Under the pieces are notes generated by a model. The model had not been told where the DNA came from. It worked only from the letters and a program-made list of their open reading frames with translations, and ran no database searches. Below, one piece after another: positions 1-10,019 of a stretch of 64,000 nucleotides of DNA. The stretch is taken from NCBI GenBank assembly GCA_964437755.1, contig CAYTIA010000003.1, forward strand, positions 7,641 through 71,640, read 5' to 3'. This stretch comes from an uncultured Pseudomonadales bacterium. Its GTDB lineage: Bacteria; Patescibacteriota; Microgenomatia; UBA1400; PJMF01. Each line of letters starts with the position of its first letter. Positions within the stretch are counted from its first letter, which is position 1. The translations under genes were made by a program, and so were the position numbers.

Positions 1-2168
1 GCCAACTTTTTTTCATTTTCCTTATTTAAGCCTTCCTCAAAACTTTTTATTGTTTTCCATACATAATAAGAATTTTCAAGAATCGTTAATCTTGCTAGCT
101 CGTTTGTTTTCTGATAACTACTAATTCTATTATTATCAAAATATTCATAATTATTATTGATCTCACTAAAAAACCAGTTAAAGAGTTCATACGAAGATAT
201 GCCTGAAACATCTTTTATAACATATATTAGAAGTTGAGCTTCTTCATGACTCAATTGCTCTACACCATCTCTTGCTAAATATTTCATTAAGTATTCGGAC
301 CAAAGCATTCTGTTATTTCCCCATTGGTTTTTATCAATTTTTATTAACTTTAAAATTATGCTATTATTAAAATTTTCATAATCTTTTTGAGAAACAAAAA
401 TAGGCAATAATTTACTAAATGCCCAATCATCAAGTTTGCTCGCCATGAAATAAAAGTTTCCTGCCTTTTCATACTCGTGTTTATTAAAGTAATAATCAGC
501 CAACTGAATATAATTATTTGCCAAAACCTCTCGCTGTGTATCAAAAAGAGAGTGATAATTTTCTTTACCTTTCCAATTTTTTTCCAGTAGATCGATCATT
601 AATTGTTCTGCTCTCGTGCTAGCTAGCTCCAACTTATTGTCCTCAATTAACTCCCCTAGCATGTTTGTGGTCATCCAAAGCCATGGCTCACTATTTAATC
701 TTAAGACCAATAATTGATTGTCCTTATTTAAGCTTCCTTTCTTAGTTGCTTGCAGAAGAAAGCTTGAGTCAGCTTGATAAATTGAGAATAATTTTTCTGA
801 AGGCACTTCTTCAAAATATATGTATTTATGCCACAGGATATATGGAAATAGATTAAATGCCTTATCTGGGTATCCAGATAAAATAAAAACTTCTAGAATT
901 ATGTACAAACATGCCATGAGAATAAGAAGTGCTGAACACAATTTGTAAAAAAATTGAAATATAAATAGGTACAGATCGCTTAAGATTTTTTGTGTGCTCG
1001 ATTTATTTTGATAAATCAAGCCAAAACCAAGTATTGTTACATAAAATATTAATGAGTAATTCCAATCATAATCAAACAATGCGTTAACTGATAAAGAGAT
1101 CAAGCTAATTAATAGCGCATAAGAAATACTGTGCTTATTTATATTATTTTTTATGGAAGAAATTACTAAAGAAACAGCCAATCCCAGAAATGAAATTCCG
1201 CCTAAAAAACCAATCTCTGCAAAAAACTCTAGATATGAATTATGCGCATGAGCCGTATTTGTTAAAGGACTAACCAATGATTCTCGAATAGACAAGGGAT
1301 ATGTTCCAATGCCAGAGCCAAAATAGGGATTCTTAATAAATACTGTCCATGCTTGAATCCAATATGAAACTCTGTCTAATAAATAAAAGTCTTTGCTAAT
1401 TTTATTTCTAAAAGAAAAATATCTTTCGAAAAACAAAGATAATTCTGGAAATCTTTGTGATAACAGAAAAGTTGAAAATGAAATAATTGAAATCGAAAAT
1501 AGGGAAATGAAAATTATTATTTCCTTTTTGCTCAGCTCCTTTTTAAAAACAGTATAGAAAAGTAATAGCTGGATAAAACCTAAGAAAATTCCAAATCTTC
1601 CAAAACAAAGAAATAATAATAAATAGTTAGCTACAGAAAAAATATGAATTCTTTTATTTTTATTGATAGAAAGCCAAAGTAATAAGGGATTGATTAATAA
1701 AATCCAAGAGGCAAAATGGCTATGACCATGGCCTAAATAAAGAAGATTTGATTCAAGAAAGAAATTTGGTATAAAAATACCCGATATATAGATAATATAA
1801 AGAAGGGAAATAATTGCATGAAAACACAACGAAATGCAAATATATTCTTTTAAAAAAGCTCTCTTATTTTTTAAAGAACTAGCCCAATAAAAACTAATGA
1901 AGGAAAATAGATACATAGAGATTTTATCCAAAGACAAGGGTAAATTAATTGAAAAAGAAAGTGATAATACAGAAGTAATGATAAAAACAATCCAGAGTAT
2001 TAAAATGGTTTTATCTTTAAATTTCTCTTTAAGATTAACCATTCCTCTAAAATAATAGTATCCACCCAATCCAAAGGCATACACAACCCATTTTAAATAT
2101 GTGTTGCCAAAAAATAATAAGAAAAGTAATAAAACAATTAAAAAAAGATCAAATAATAAGTGCTTCAT
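1..2168 (-). CDS. O-antigen ligase (Wzy_C)-domain polytopic membrane protein with a C-terminal soluble TPR-like extension; partial, C-terminus beyond the window start
   Basis: Hand translation of the minus strand from ATG (rc of 2166-2168) shows a continuous hydrophobic multi-TM protein. It contains 'AHAHNSYLEFFAEIGFLGG' (rc of about 1205-1260), the classic Wzy_C/O-antigen-ligase signature. No complete ORF is reported here by the track because the frame runs off the window edge. Confidence 0.6.
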   Translation of the reverse strand, partial: MKHLLFDLFLIVLLLFLLFFGNTYLKWVVYAFGLGGYYYFRGMVNLKEKFKDKTILILWIVFIITSVLSLSFSINLPLSLDKISMYLFSFISFYWASSLKNKRAFLKEYICISLCFHAIISLLYIIYISGIFIPNFFLESNLLYLGHGHSHFASWILLINPLLLWLSINKNKRIHIFSVANYLLLFLCFGRFGIFLGFIQLLLFYTVFKKELSKKEIIIFISLFSISIISFSTFLLSQRFPELSLFFERYFSFRNKISKDFYLLDRVSYWIQAWTVFIKNPYFGSGIGTYPLSIRESLVSPLTNTAHAHNSYLEFFAEIGFLGGISFLGLAVSLVISSIKNNINKHSISYALLISLISLSVNALFDYDWNYSLIFYVTILGFGLIYQNKSSTQKILSDLYLFIFQFFYKLCSALLILMACLYIILEVFILSGYPDKAFNLFPYILWHKYIYFEEVPSEKLFSIYQADSSFLLQATKKGSLNKDNQLLVLRLNSEPWLWMTTNMLGELIEDNKLELASTRAEQLMIDLLEKNWKGKENYHSLFDTQREVLANNYIQLADYYFNKHEYEKAGNFYFMASKLDDWAFSKLLPIFVSQKDYENFNNSIILKLIKIDKNQWGNNRMLWSEYLMKYLARDGVEQLSHEEAQLLIYVIKDVSGISSYELFNWFFSEINNNYEYFDNNRISSYQKTNELARLTILENSYYVWKTIKSFEEGLNKENEKKL

Positions 2169-2177
2169 AAACTTTAA

Positions 2178-3317
2178 CTAAAAAAAATACTTAAGATAGG
2201 CTTTTGCGGAATCATCCCAGCTTCTATAACCAATACTATCATTCTTACTGGTTGTTTTGCTCCTTGCAGATTTATCGATAGCTACCAAAGCATCTCTTAG
2301 CCAATATTTTTTGTTAATATTTGCTTTAAAAATTAAGTCATGATTTTCAAATTCTTCATCTAGCCAATTTTGACTAACTATACATCTTTTACCAAGACTA
2401 ATAGCTTCATAAAGAACAACAGGGTTACCCTCTAAAAAAGAGGGTAATACCATTGCATAACAATTTTCAATTAAATTTTGTTTTCTTCTACCAAAAACGT
2501 ATCCCAATCTTATAATATCCGAGTTTTTTTTTGATAATTTTACTATTTTTTCTTCATAATCACCCATATTCAAAGATCCTCCTGCTAACACCAGTTTAAA
2601 ACTTATTTTTTCTCCTGAATTTCTTAATAAAATAAATTCTTTTATCAAACCCTCAATATTCTTTTCTGGAACAAATCTTCCTAGAAATAATAGATATTTA
2701 TCTTGAATCACTGTTTCTGATATAAAATTTCTTTTTAAGTTATCAGTTGCTCGCAACGGAAAACTATCATATCCTGGCTTGATTATTTCAATCTTTTTAT
2801 TTAAATAGTTTTCTATCAAATAACTCTCTATTTTTGAAGACACTACAACTAATTGATAATATTTTCTTCTTAAAATTTCTAAGCTAATTTTTTTAAAAAT
2901 ATAATTTTGAAATGAATCCCACTTTTTTCTTTCCCAATCCAAAGAATGAACTGTAATTAGAATTTTTTTTCCTCTTAAGTGAGGAATCCATGACCAAATA
3001 GCCATGCCTAAACCCTGGTACCACACCGTGGTAGAATCATCAAAAAAACAGTACATAGATGATAAAAACCCATATATAACAGATTCAAATATTTTTGAAA
3101 TAAAAGTGAACACGATTTTTAACTCGACATTATTTTGAATTTTTAAATTACTTGGGTTAGATTTACTTTGATAACAACTTTTTACATATACTTTGAAATT
3201 ATATTGTTTTAATGAGCTACTAATAATTATTTTTTGAACATAAGCTTCTACTCCACTAGTCCCAACAAAATCTGATGGGAAAGCCCTCAAGCCAATAATA
3301 CTAATTATCTTGCTCAT
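2178..3317 (-). CDS. Glycosyltransferase family 4 (GT-B, retaining)
   Basis: C-terminal 'PSFLEGNPVVLYEAISLGKRCIVS' matches the E-x7-E GT4 donor-binding motif. Stop/start overlap with the next gene. Confidence 0.7.
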   Translation of the reverse strand: MSKIISIIGLRAFPSDFVGTSGVEAYVQKIIISSSLKQYNFKVYVKSCYQSKSNPSNLKIQNNVELKIVFTFISKIFESVIYGFLSSMYCFFDDSTTVWYQGLGMAIWSWIPHLRGKKILITVHSLDWERKKWDSFQNYIFKKISLEILRRKYYQLVVVSSKIESYLIENYLNKKIEIIKPGYDSFPLRATDNLKRNFISETVIQDKYLLFLGRFVPEKNIEGLIKEFILLRNSGEKISFKLVLAGGSLNMGDYEEKIVKLSKKNSDIIRLGYVFGRRKQNLIENCYAMVLPSFLEGNPVVLYEAISLGKRCIVSQNWLDEEFENHDLIFKANINKKYWLRDALVAIDKSARSKTTSKNDSIGYRSWDDSAKAYLKYFF

Positions 3318-4443
3318 TGCTGTTGATTTTTTTTAACAATAACAACTCTATCTTTTTCTTAAACTCTTCTTTAGAAAATTGTTGTGACTGCTTAATAATT
3401 TTATCTTTCTTCCACTTAATTGATTCAAAAACTTGTAGCCGAGAATACAAAGATTTTTCATCATAATTGTCAAAAAATAATCCAGTCACTCCATCTATAA
3501 CTGACTCTCTCACTCCTCCTTGATTAAACGCTAATACCGGAACTCCAAAGCTCATTGCTTCTACCGGAACTAACCCAAAATCTTCTTGCTGAGAACAATA
3601 AATTAAACCTCTTGCATTTTTATAAATTCTTTCCACTTGATCATCTTCAAGCCATCCATTGAAGTGGACTGTTTCCCCGGCAATTTTTTTAAGATCATTC
3701 TCTAAGTATCCTTTTCCAATAACTTCCAGTTTTATATTATATTTTGAACACACTTTTATAACCAATTCTGGGCCTTTCTGTTTTACCAATCTTGAGTGAA
3801 ACACATAATACCCCTCCCCATTATTTAGATTTTTTGTTTTTTTCGCTGCATAAATATTTGCTGGAGGATATATCACTACCGAGTCTCTATGATAAATATT
3901 GCACACCAATCCCTGAATAAACTTAGAGTCAGAAACTAAAACCGATGGTTTTTGAGCTGAGTATTGATCAATTTTCCTTAAAAATAGTTTAAAAGGAAAA
4001 AATAAAATGTTAATCGGAAATCGATTAACGCACCCCACCTCATTTTTTAAACCGTAAAGATATCTTGGAACGGTATATAAATATGCCATATGAAGTTGGT
4101 GGGGATGACTAGACACGATTTTAGAGTTATATGAATGACTTGAAGAAATAATTAGGTCATAATGTTTCAAATCTAAAAATAGAAAAAACAACCATGAAAA
4201 AAGTTTTGCAATTGAGAACAAAGAATTTAGTTTTGACACGCTCTGGATTTTTGTAAAAATTGAACTTTTTTTTATATATGGAATAAATCTTGATAACTCA
4301 CTTTTTTTAATATCAACAAAAAAGGTATATAAATCAGCCTGAGGGAATAATTCTAAAAATACTTCCAGAGTTCTTTCTGCTCCACCATAATCAAGTAATA
4401 TATCGTGAATAATAGCAACTTTATAATTTTTTATATTTACCAT
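3301..4443 (-). CDS. Glycosyltransferase family 4
   Basis: N-term 'KVAIIHDILLDYGGAERTLE' and C-term 'CSQQEDFGLVPVEAMSFGVPVLAF..GGVRESV' are typical GT4 motifs. Confidence 0.7.
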   Translation of the reverse strand: MVNIKNYKVAIIHDILLDYGGAERTLEVFLELFPQADLYTFFVDIKKSELSRFIPYIKKSSIFTKIQSVSKLNSLFSIAKLFSWLFFLFLDLKHYDLIISSSHSYNSKIVSSHPHQLHMAYLYTVPRYLYGLKNEVGCVNRFPINILFFPFKLFLRKIDQYSAQKPSVLVSDSKFIQGLVCNIYHRDSVVIYPPANIYAAKKTKNLNNGEGYYVFHSRLVKQKGPELVIKVCSKYNIKLEVIGKGYLENDLKKIAGETVHFNGWLEDDQVERIYKNARGLIYCSQQEDFGLVPVEAMSFGVPVLAFNQGGVRESVIDGVTGLFFDNYDEKSLYSRLQVFESIKWKKDKIIKQSQQFSKEEFKKKIELLLLKKINSNEQDN

Positions 4444-5426
4444 ATATACAAACCATGATAAGTACGAAAAGCGTGCCGATTAAGCACATCCTCAAAGGAA
4501 GGGGTTAGATCATATCGACTCAAAGTGTTATTTCGATACTTGAGTATAGTTTTTATATTTTTAATCGTTAATAAAATGACTGAAAAATAAAGTTTTGGAC
4601 CATAATTTATAGTGCTAAAAAAGATTGTCCAAAGTTGAACTAAAATAATTTTTCCAATATTTTTTAAAATAGTCCCTATTGGCCAAGTTAAAAGTATTGT
4701 CCAAATAACATTTTTATATGTATTAAACATTGAGAAGTAGCTTTTTTTTCCACTAGTTGTTGATCCAAAGTGGAAAGCTTTCATGTTTTTTTCTTTTTTT
4801 ATAGAAACGCCAACCATTAGTGCCCTAATACAAAGCTCAACATCTTCTAAATAATAATCATATAAAGGATTAAAAATGTAACCATAAGTTTGAATAATTC
4901 TTTTCAGGGAGCCAATTGTGGCAACCAAGCAAGAAGCAGAGGCTAAAGTTGTTTTGTCTTCTAAATTTGTAGAGTTTTTAGCATAGCCTGAAGAAAAGTA
5001 TTGAACTCCAAACGAATCAGTTGCCGAACCATTTGAATTCAAGATATGTGGAGAAATAAATATTTGCTCATCAAGATTATAACTTGATAAAAAAGAGAAA
5101 AAATTATCTGCTACACTAGCATCATCATTTATAAAAAGAACAGCTCCAATTTTTCTATATTCATTACTCGATAAAACTATATTCAAAACACTATTATTCA
5201 AAACTGAAAATTTATTCATTTCTGAACTCAACCTCATTAGTTTAATCTTGTTTTTATTTAAATAAATTTCAATCTCATTTGGAACATTATTATTTGAGGT
5301 TACAACAATAATTTGATGTGAAAGACTAGATCTTTTTATAGAATGGTTTAAACTTTCAATACACATCGACAGTTTTTCAAAAATATCTTCTGTGCACGAA
5401 CTTGGTACAATACATACTATATCCAT
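4437..5426 (-). CDS. Glycosyltransferase family 2-like (GT-A)
   Basis: N-terminal 'MDIVCIVPS...' and a 'FINDDASV' DxD-like region. Weaker than the GT4 calls. Confidence 0.45.
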   Translation of the reverse strand: MDIVCIVPSSCTEDIFEKLSMCIESLNHSIKRSSLSHQIIVVTSNNNVPNEIEIYLNKNKIKLMRLSSEMNKFSVLNNSVLNIVLSSNEYRKIGAVLFINDDASVADNFFSFLSSYNLDEQIFISPHILNSNGSATDSFGVQYFSSGYAKNSTNLEDKTTLASASCLVATIGSLKRIIQTYGYIFNPLYDYYLEDVELCIRALMVGVSIKKEKNMKAFHFGSTTSGKKSYFSMFNTYKNVIWTILLTWPIGTILKNIGKIILVQLWTIFFSTINYGPKLYFSVILLTIKNIKTILKYRNNTLSRYDLTPSFEDVLNRHAFRTYHGLYIW

Positions 5427-6578
5427 ATGACTACCATTATAATTGCGGAGGAAACAAACTGTGGCGGAGAATCAATTGCTACTCAGTATTTTGTCAAGGA
5501 ACTAAAAAAAAAGTTTTTCATCTCTACATTTCCGTTAGAGGGTATCTTAAAAACTAATTTCTTTGATTTTTTCCTCTGGCATATTCAAACATTTTTTTAT
5601 TCACTCAAAAAAACTATTAGTTTATCTAGGAGGAATCCTGATAAAATAATTTTATACTCCACAAGCTATTTGCCTGGATTAAGTGCAATTATTCTCAATA
5701 AATTTAAAATTTTGAATCTAAAAACCTGCTTCCATTATCATGGCAATAGAATCCCTGATTACCCCCAAACAAACTTTGGACTTATTAAGAGAGGTAGTCA
5801 GTTATTTAAATACAAGTTTGTTAAAACCCTACACCAATATTTAGTTAATAACTCAGATTTATTAATTTTTACTAGCGAATCATCAAAAAAAACCTTTTTT
5901 AATAATTTCAGCAAATCTTTATTAAATAACAGCATTATTGTCCCTAATGGAGTTAATGTTAATAAATTTACACCTTGTACAGATCATAAAAAGAAAATAT
6001 TAAAAAAAGAATTCGAAATTAATTCTAAACAAGTAGTTTCTTTAGTCGGCTCATTAAATAGTAGAAAAAATCTTCTGATTTTCCTTAACTCCCTCAAGTT
6101 TCTTAAAAATCAAGACACCACATACATAATAGCTTTTCCAAAACCAAAAAATGAGTTTGAAAATGTATATTTACAAAAGGTAAATAAATATTTATCAGAA
6201 AACTTAATCAAAAAAACACAAATACGATTATTTCAAGATTATCCACAAATTGAACACATCTACCAAGTAAGCAATTGCAGCGTCATCATCTCTTCAAGAG
6301 AAGAATTCCCTCTCTGTTTATTGGAGTCATTGGCATGTGGAACTCCTGTTATTACCTCTACTCAAGGTTTAGCTAGAAATCTAGTTCAAAAAGAGATATC
6401 AAAAAAACTCATAGTTCATCACCTCAGCTCAGTTAATCTCGCTAAAAAAATAAATACCTTTTTTATGATGAAATCCCCAGAACTCAATAGCATTATCGAT
6501 AAATCCATCAAAGTATCTAACAAATTTACTTGGGAGAAATCTGCCAAACTACTGATAAAAGAGCTTAGCTTAATTTAA
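5427..6578 (+). CDS. Glycosyltransferase family 4
   Basis: 'SREEFPLCLLESLACGTPVITS' GT4 C-terminal motif. The start codon abuts the divergent gene start (CATATG at 5424-5429). Confidence 0.65.
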   Translation: MTTIIIAEETNCGGESIATQYFVKELKKKFFISTFPLEGILKTNFFDFFLWHIQTFFYSLKKTISLSRRNPDKIILYSTSYLPGLSAIILNKFKILNLKTCFHYHGNRIPDYPQTNFGLIKRGSQLFKYKFVKTLHQYLVNNSDLLIFTSESSKKTFFNNFSKSLLNNSIIVPNGVNVNKFTPCTDHKKKILKKEFEINSKQVVSLVGSLNSRKNLLIFLNSLKFLKNQDTTYIIAFPKPKNEFENVYLQKVNKYLSENLIKKTQIRLFQDYPQIEHIYQVSNCSVIISSREEFPLCLLESLACGTPVITSTQGLARNLVQKEISKKLIVHHLSSVNLAKKINTFFMMKSPELNSIIDKSIKVSNKFTWEKSAKLLIKELSLI

Positions 6579-7379
6579 TTCAAAATCCGTAACCATCGGA
6601 AAAACGCTAACCTTTTTAAAATTTAGCGGCAAACTTGTTCCAATGGTTAATGGCTCTTTATCAAAAATAAAAAGGGTATTATTAACCTCTTTAGCACTAA
6701 TCACTAAAGTTAAAAACAAGTCTTTATATACTGGACTATATCTAAGAAGAGGGTCTCCTTGATTATTTGTTGTTACTATTTCAGCAGGCAAAACTTCTTT
6801 TTTAACTATTCGCACTAACTCATTCCCTTTTGAATCTAGTATTACGTCATCAATATTAATCGCTTGTGCCAAAGAAGGCTCAACATGTCTTCCTATGGCA
6901 GCTACTTTTACTTTTTTGATAATTACTTGGTTATCATTTTCATAATTTGGATATTGTACTATATGTCCATCAAAAGTAATGTTGTCAAAGTTAAATCTCA
7001 TCGGAGCTCCATAGGCCAACTTTTTTCCCCTGGCAATAAATGTTTCAGTTCTTTTATTGTGAGTTGCCTTAAGTCTTAGATCTAGATAAACTATACTTTC
7101 TTTTGGATTAACTTTAATAGATTCAACTGCAATAATTTCAGCAATAACTTTTCCAATAGAGTCTCTTTCTACCTCTCCAACCCTAAATTGATTGGCATAC
7201 CATAAATCTGGATTACTTTTTGCGTAAAGTACCTCTTGATCAGTTACTCTCACTCTTACAATTACATCCATTTCCTCTCTTTTAAAAAAGAAGTATAGAA
7301 ATATTATAGAAAAAAGGAAAATAAAACCTAAAAAAATATCAATTTTATTAATTTTTTTTAAGTTAAGGGTTTTTTTCAT
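6570..7379 (-). CDS. Hypothetical N-terminally membrane-anchored protein
   Basis: ORF with one N-terminal TM helix. The likely true start is the internal 'MKKTLNL' at 7379, which avoids overlap with the upstream gene. No recognizable motif. Confidence 0.4.
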   Translation of the reverse strand: MKKTLNLKKINKIDIFLGFIFLFSIIFLYFFFKREEMDVIVRVRVTDQEVLYAKSNPDLWYANQFRVGEVERDSIGKVIAEIIAVESIKVNPKESIVYLDLRLKATHNKRTETFIARGKKLAYGAPMRFNFDNITFDGHIVQYPNYENDNQVIIKKVKVAAIGRHVEPSLAQAINIDDVILDSKGNELVRIVKKEVLPAEIVTTNNQGDPLLRYSPVYKDLFLTLVISAKEVNNTLFIFDKEPLTIGTSLPLNFKKVSVFPMVTDFELN

Positions 7380-8853
7380 ATTTTTTTCTTTCTTCAACAT
7401 AAATTATACCAGCTCCAAGCACTAATCCTAAAAATGGTGCCTCAATCACACCCACATGAGGTAAAAATAAATAATATCCTCCAAAAAGAAATAATCCTGA
7501 TACAAATCTATACAAAAATATTTTTTGATAATGGGTTAAATTTTTTCTTGAAATAAGAAACATTTTTCTTAAAATGTATACAAATGGAAAAAGCAGAAAC
7601 AATAGTCCAAACCAACCAACTTCTAAAACTAACTGTAAATATGCCAAATGAACTGCTGCCGGAAACACTGCCATCAGCCCCAGAGGTTTAAAACTATGCA
7701 AAGTATATTCATTTGTTCCAACACCATATCCAAAAAATGGATTTTGAATAAAAGCTTCCCAACCTTCCTTAATCATTTTAACTCTAATTGGAACGCCAGC
7801 TCCATCATAAAAAGTATTTAGAGATAATAATACTCTCGGGATAATAACAAACGATAAGAAGAAAACAATAACATATAAGATAATCCTTTGTCTGTATCCA
7901 ACATAATTTTTCCAAATTTTTTTACACTGTACTGGAAAAAATAAAACAAAAACCACTAACCCTAATAGAAGCATCAACCAAACAGACCTAGATTGAGTTA
8001 ATACTACAGTTATTAATCCTAAGATAATTAATAAATAATCATCTTTTTGATTTGATTTTAATAAATATGGCAAATAACTCATAACCATAAAAGCGACAAT
8101 CAATGCCAGCTGATTATGAAAACCCATCGTTCCCTGAACTCGAAAGTAGGCATTATTTTCATCTAACCCGGTATAGAAAGCTCCTTGATTCCACTGTTCA
8201 AACGGAAAACCAACCATAGATTTTTTAAAAAACTGCCAAACACTAATAACAAACTGTATTACTATTGAGGCTCGAATTATTTGTTTGAAATATCTATCTG
8301 AAAATTTTTGTTGATAAAAAATGACTAGACCCAATGCAGCAACAAATAACTGACAGTATTGTAAAAGCCACACAACTGATAACTCAATAAATGGTGAGTT
8401 ACTATTAGAAATGAAAAAAGTGGTGAAAAAAAATAAAATTGAGGGCATAATTACATAACTAAATCTTCTAAAAAAAATAATAAAGTTCGCTAAGATCTTT
8501 TCTTTAAAAATTACTAAAAAAAACAGTAACCAATAAATATTGGCTATATGGACTCCATAGCCAAGCCAATAACCAGTGTTATACTCTGGCAGTAGTAATT
8601 CATAGCCTCTAATAACTTCTATCGAGGAGTATCTGTTTGGAATTAAAAACTGAGAAAGAAAAAAGGATATTGAAAAAAGAGTGGTTAACAAATTTTTGGT
8701 ACAATAATAAACCGCAACGAACAGCGCAAAAGATGCTACAAGAAAAAATTTAAAAGATCCTATTTTAAAAAGAGCTATAAATATGGTAAACAGAAATATG
8801 ATCAGAGCAAGGCCATTATTTTTCCAATTTTTTTTAAAATGATAAAAAATCAT
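7363..8853 (-). CDS. O-antigen ligase / Wzy-like polysaccharide polymerase family membrane protein
   Basis: About 12 TM segments and a 'GTMGFHNQLALIVAF' HN-type motif resembling Wzy_C. The first ATG is at 8853; the track starts at a TTG at 8871. Confidence 0.5.
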   Translation of the reverse strand: MIFYHFKKNWKNNGLALIIFLFTIFIALFKIGSFKFFLVASFALFVAVYYCTKNLLTTLFSISFFLSQFLIPNRYSSIEVIRGYELLLPEYNTGYWLGYGVHIANIYWLLFFLVIFKEKILANFIIFFRRFSYVIMPSILFFFTTFFISNSNSPFIELSVVWLLQYCQLFVAALGLVIFYQQKFSDRYFKQIIRASIVIQFVISVWQFFKKSMVGFPFEQWNQGAFYTGLDENNAYFRVQGTMGFHNQLALIVAFMVMSYLPYLLKSNQKDDYLLIILGLITVVLTQSRSVWLMLLLGLVVFVLFFPVQCKKIWKNYVGYRQRIILYVIVFFLSFVIIPRVLLSLNTFYDGAGVPIRVKMIKEGWEAFIQNPFFGYGVGTNEYTLHSFKPLGLMAVFPAAVHLAYLQLVLEVGWFGLLFLLFPFVYILRKMFLISRKNLTHYQKIFLYRFVSGLFLFGGYYLFLPHVGVIEAPFLGLVLGAGIIYVEERKKYEKNP

Positions 8854-9993
8854 AGGATAATTTTTCTCCAAACTTTACCGTGGAACTGGACAGCTGATTT
8901 TCAAAAACAAACTGCTAGCATTTTAAGTAAAAATAATCTCATTATTGTATATTCTGTCAATAATCAACAGTCAGCAATAAGATTCATTATATCCTTATTT
9001 AAAAAAATATATCTCTTAAATCACTCTCAAAATAATATTATCTTTCATAATCAAGTTATTTTTTTTCCGAATAAAAGATTTACTTTATTAAAAAAACTTA
9101 ACTCTTGGATAAACTATCTATACTTGTTTACGGTATATAAACCCAGTTTTTTGTGGACTTCTGATCCAAGGACTTATATACCCTATAAACTTATCAATCT
9201 ATTTAGACAGAATAAACTACTATATGACTGTAGCGATTATCACTGGCATCCAAACCCTAGAGAAGATCAATTAATCAAGACTAATGAAAAAAAATTAATT
9301 GAAGAATCAAATTTTTTTATTGTTAACTCATACTCATTACATGAACTTCATAAAAAAATAAAAACTCCAGATGCAGTAGTACCCCAAGGATTTGCTGTAG
9401 ATAATTTTTCTAAAGAAAAATTATCTACCCTTGTTAGTCAAATAAATAAAACTCCTACTCTCGGTTTTATTGGAGGCATCAATTATCGCTTGGATATATC
9501 TCTTATTAGCAATTTAATTAATAATAATCCTAACTGGAACTTTGTTTTTGTTGGTCCAAAACAACTCAATCAAATACCTGGAGATCAGAAAGTTTTTCAA
9601 CAACTAGACAAATTATTTGAAAGAAGCAATGTCAAGTATATTGATAGTATCCCAAGAGAAGAAATTGGCAATTATATCCAATCATTTGACATAGGATTTA
9701 TTCCTTACGACATATCTTATAGATTCAACCTATATTGCTATCCAATGAAGTTATTTGAGTATTTTTACTTTGGGAAACCAGTTATTAGTTCTCCAATTAA
9801 GGAGTTAATGCTTCCAAAATTTAAAGACCTTGTCTATATAGCAAATGATGTTTTAGAGTGGGAAAAACATATTAAAATATTAATATCTGCTCAATGGGGA
9901 CAGGACAAAAAATCTAAACAAAAAAAGATGGCTGTTGACAATAGTTGGGAAAGAAAAGTGAAGGCTATCTGTGATATAGTTAGCCCCAATTAA
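8839..9993 (+). CDS. Glycosyltransferase (GT1/GT4-like C-terminal domain)
   Basis: 'PMKLFEYFYFGKPVISS' resembles the GT-B C-terminal EX7E-region motif. Its start overlaps the divergent gene by 15 nt. Confidence 0.45.
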   Translation: MIKNHRIIFLQTLPWNWTADFQKQTASILSKNNLIIVYSVNNQQSAIRFIISLFKKIYLLNHSQNNIIFHNQVIFFPNKRFTLLKKLNSWINYLYLFTVYKPSFLWTSDPRTYIPYKLINLFRQNKLLYDCSDYHWHPNPREDQLIKTNEKKLIEESNFFIVNSYSLHELHKKIKTPDAVVPQGFAVDNFSKEKLSTLVSQINKTPTLGFIGGINYRLDISLISNLINNNPNWNFVFVGPKQLNQIPGDQKVFQQLDKLFERSNVKYIDSIPREEIGNYIQSFDIGFIPYDISYRFNLYCYPMKLFEYFYFGKPVISSPIKELMLPKFKDLVYIANDVLEWEKHIKILISAQWGQDKKSKQKKMAVDNSWERKVKAICDIVSPN

Positions 9994-10019
9994 AAACAGG
10001 TAGAAACGATAAAAATTGC

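Noticed and set aside
356-544. 62-aa ORF on the minus strand in the first kb
   Set aside because: It lies inside, and out of frame with, the long Wzy-like ORF that runs off the window edge. It has no motif support and is a likely spurious AT-rich ORF.
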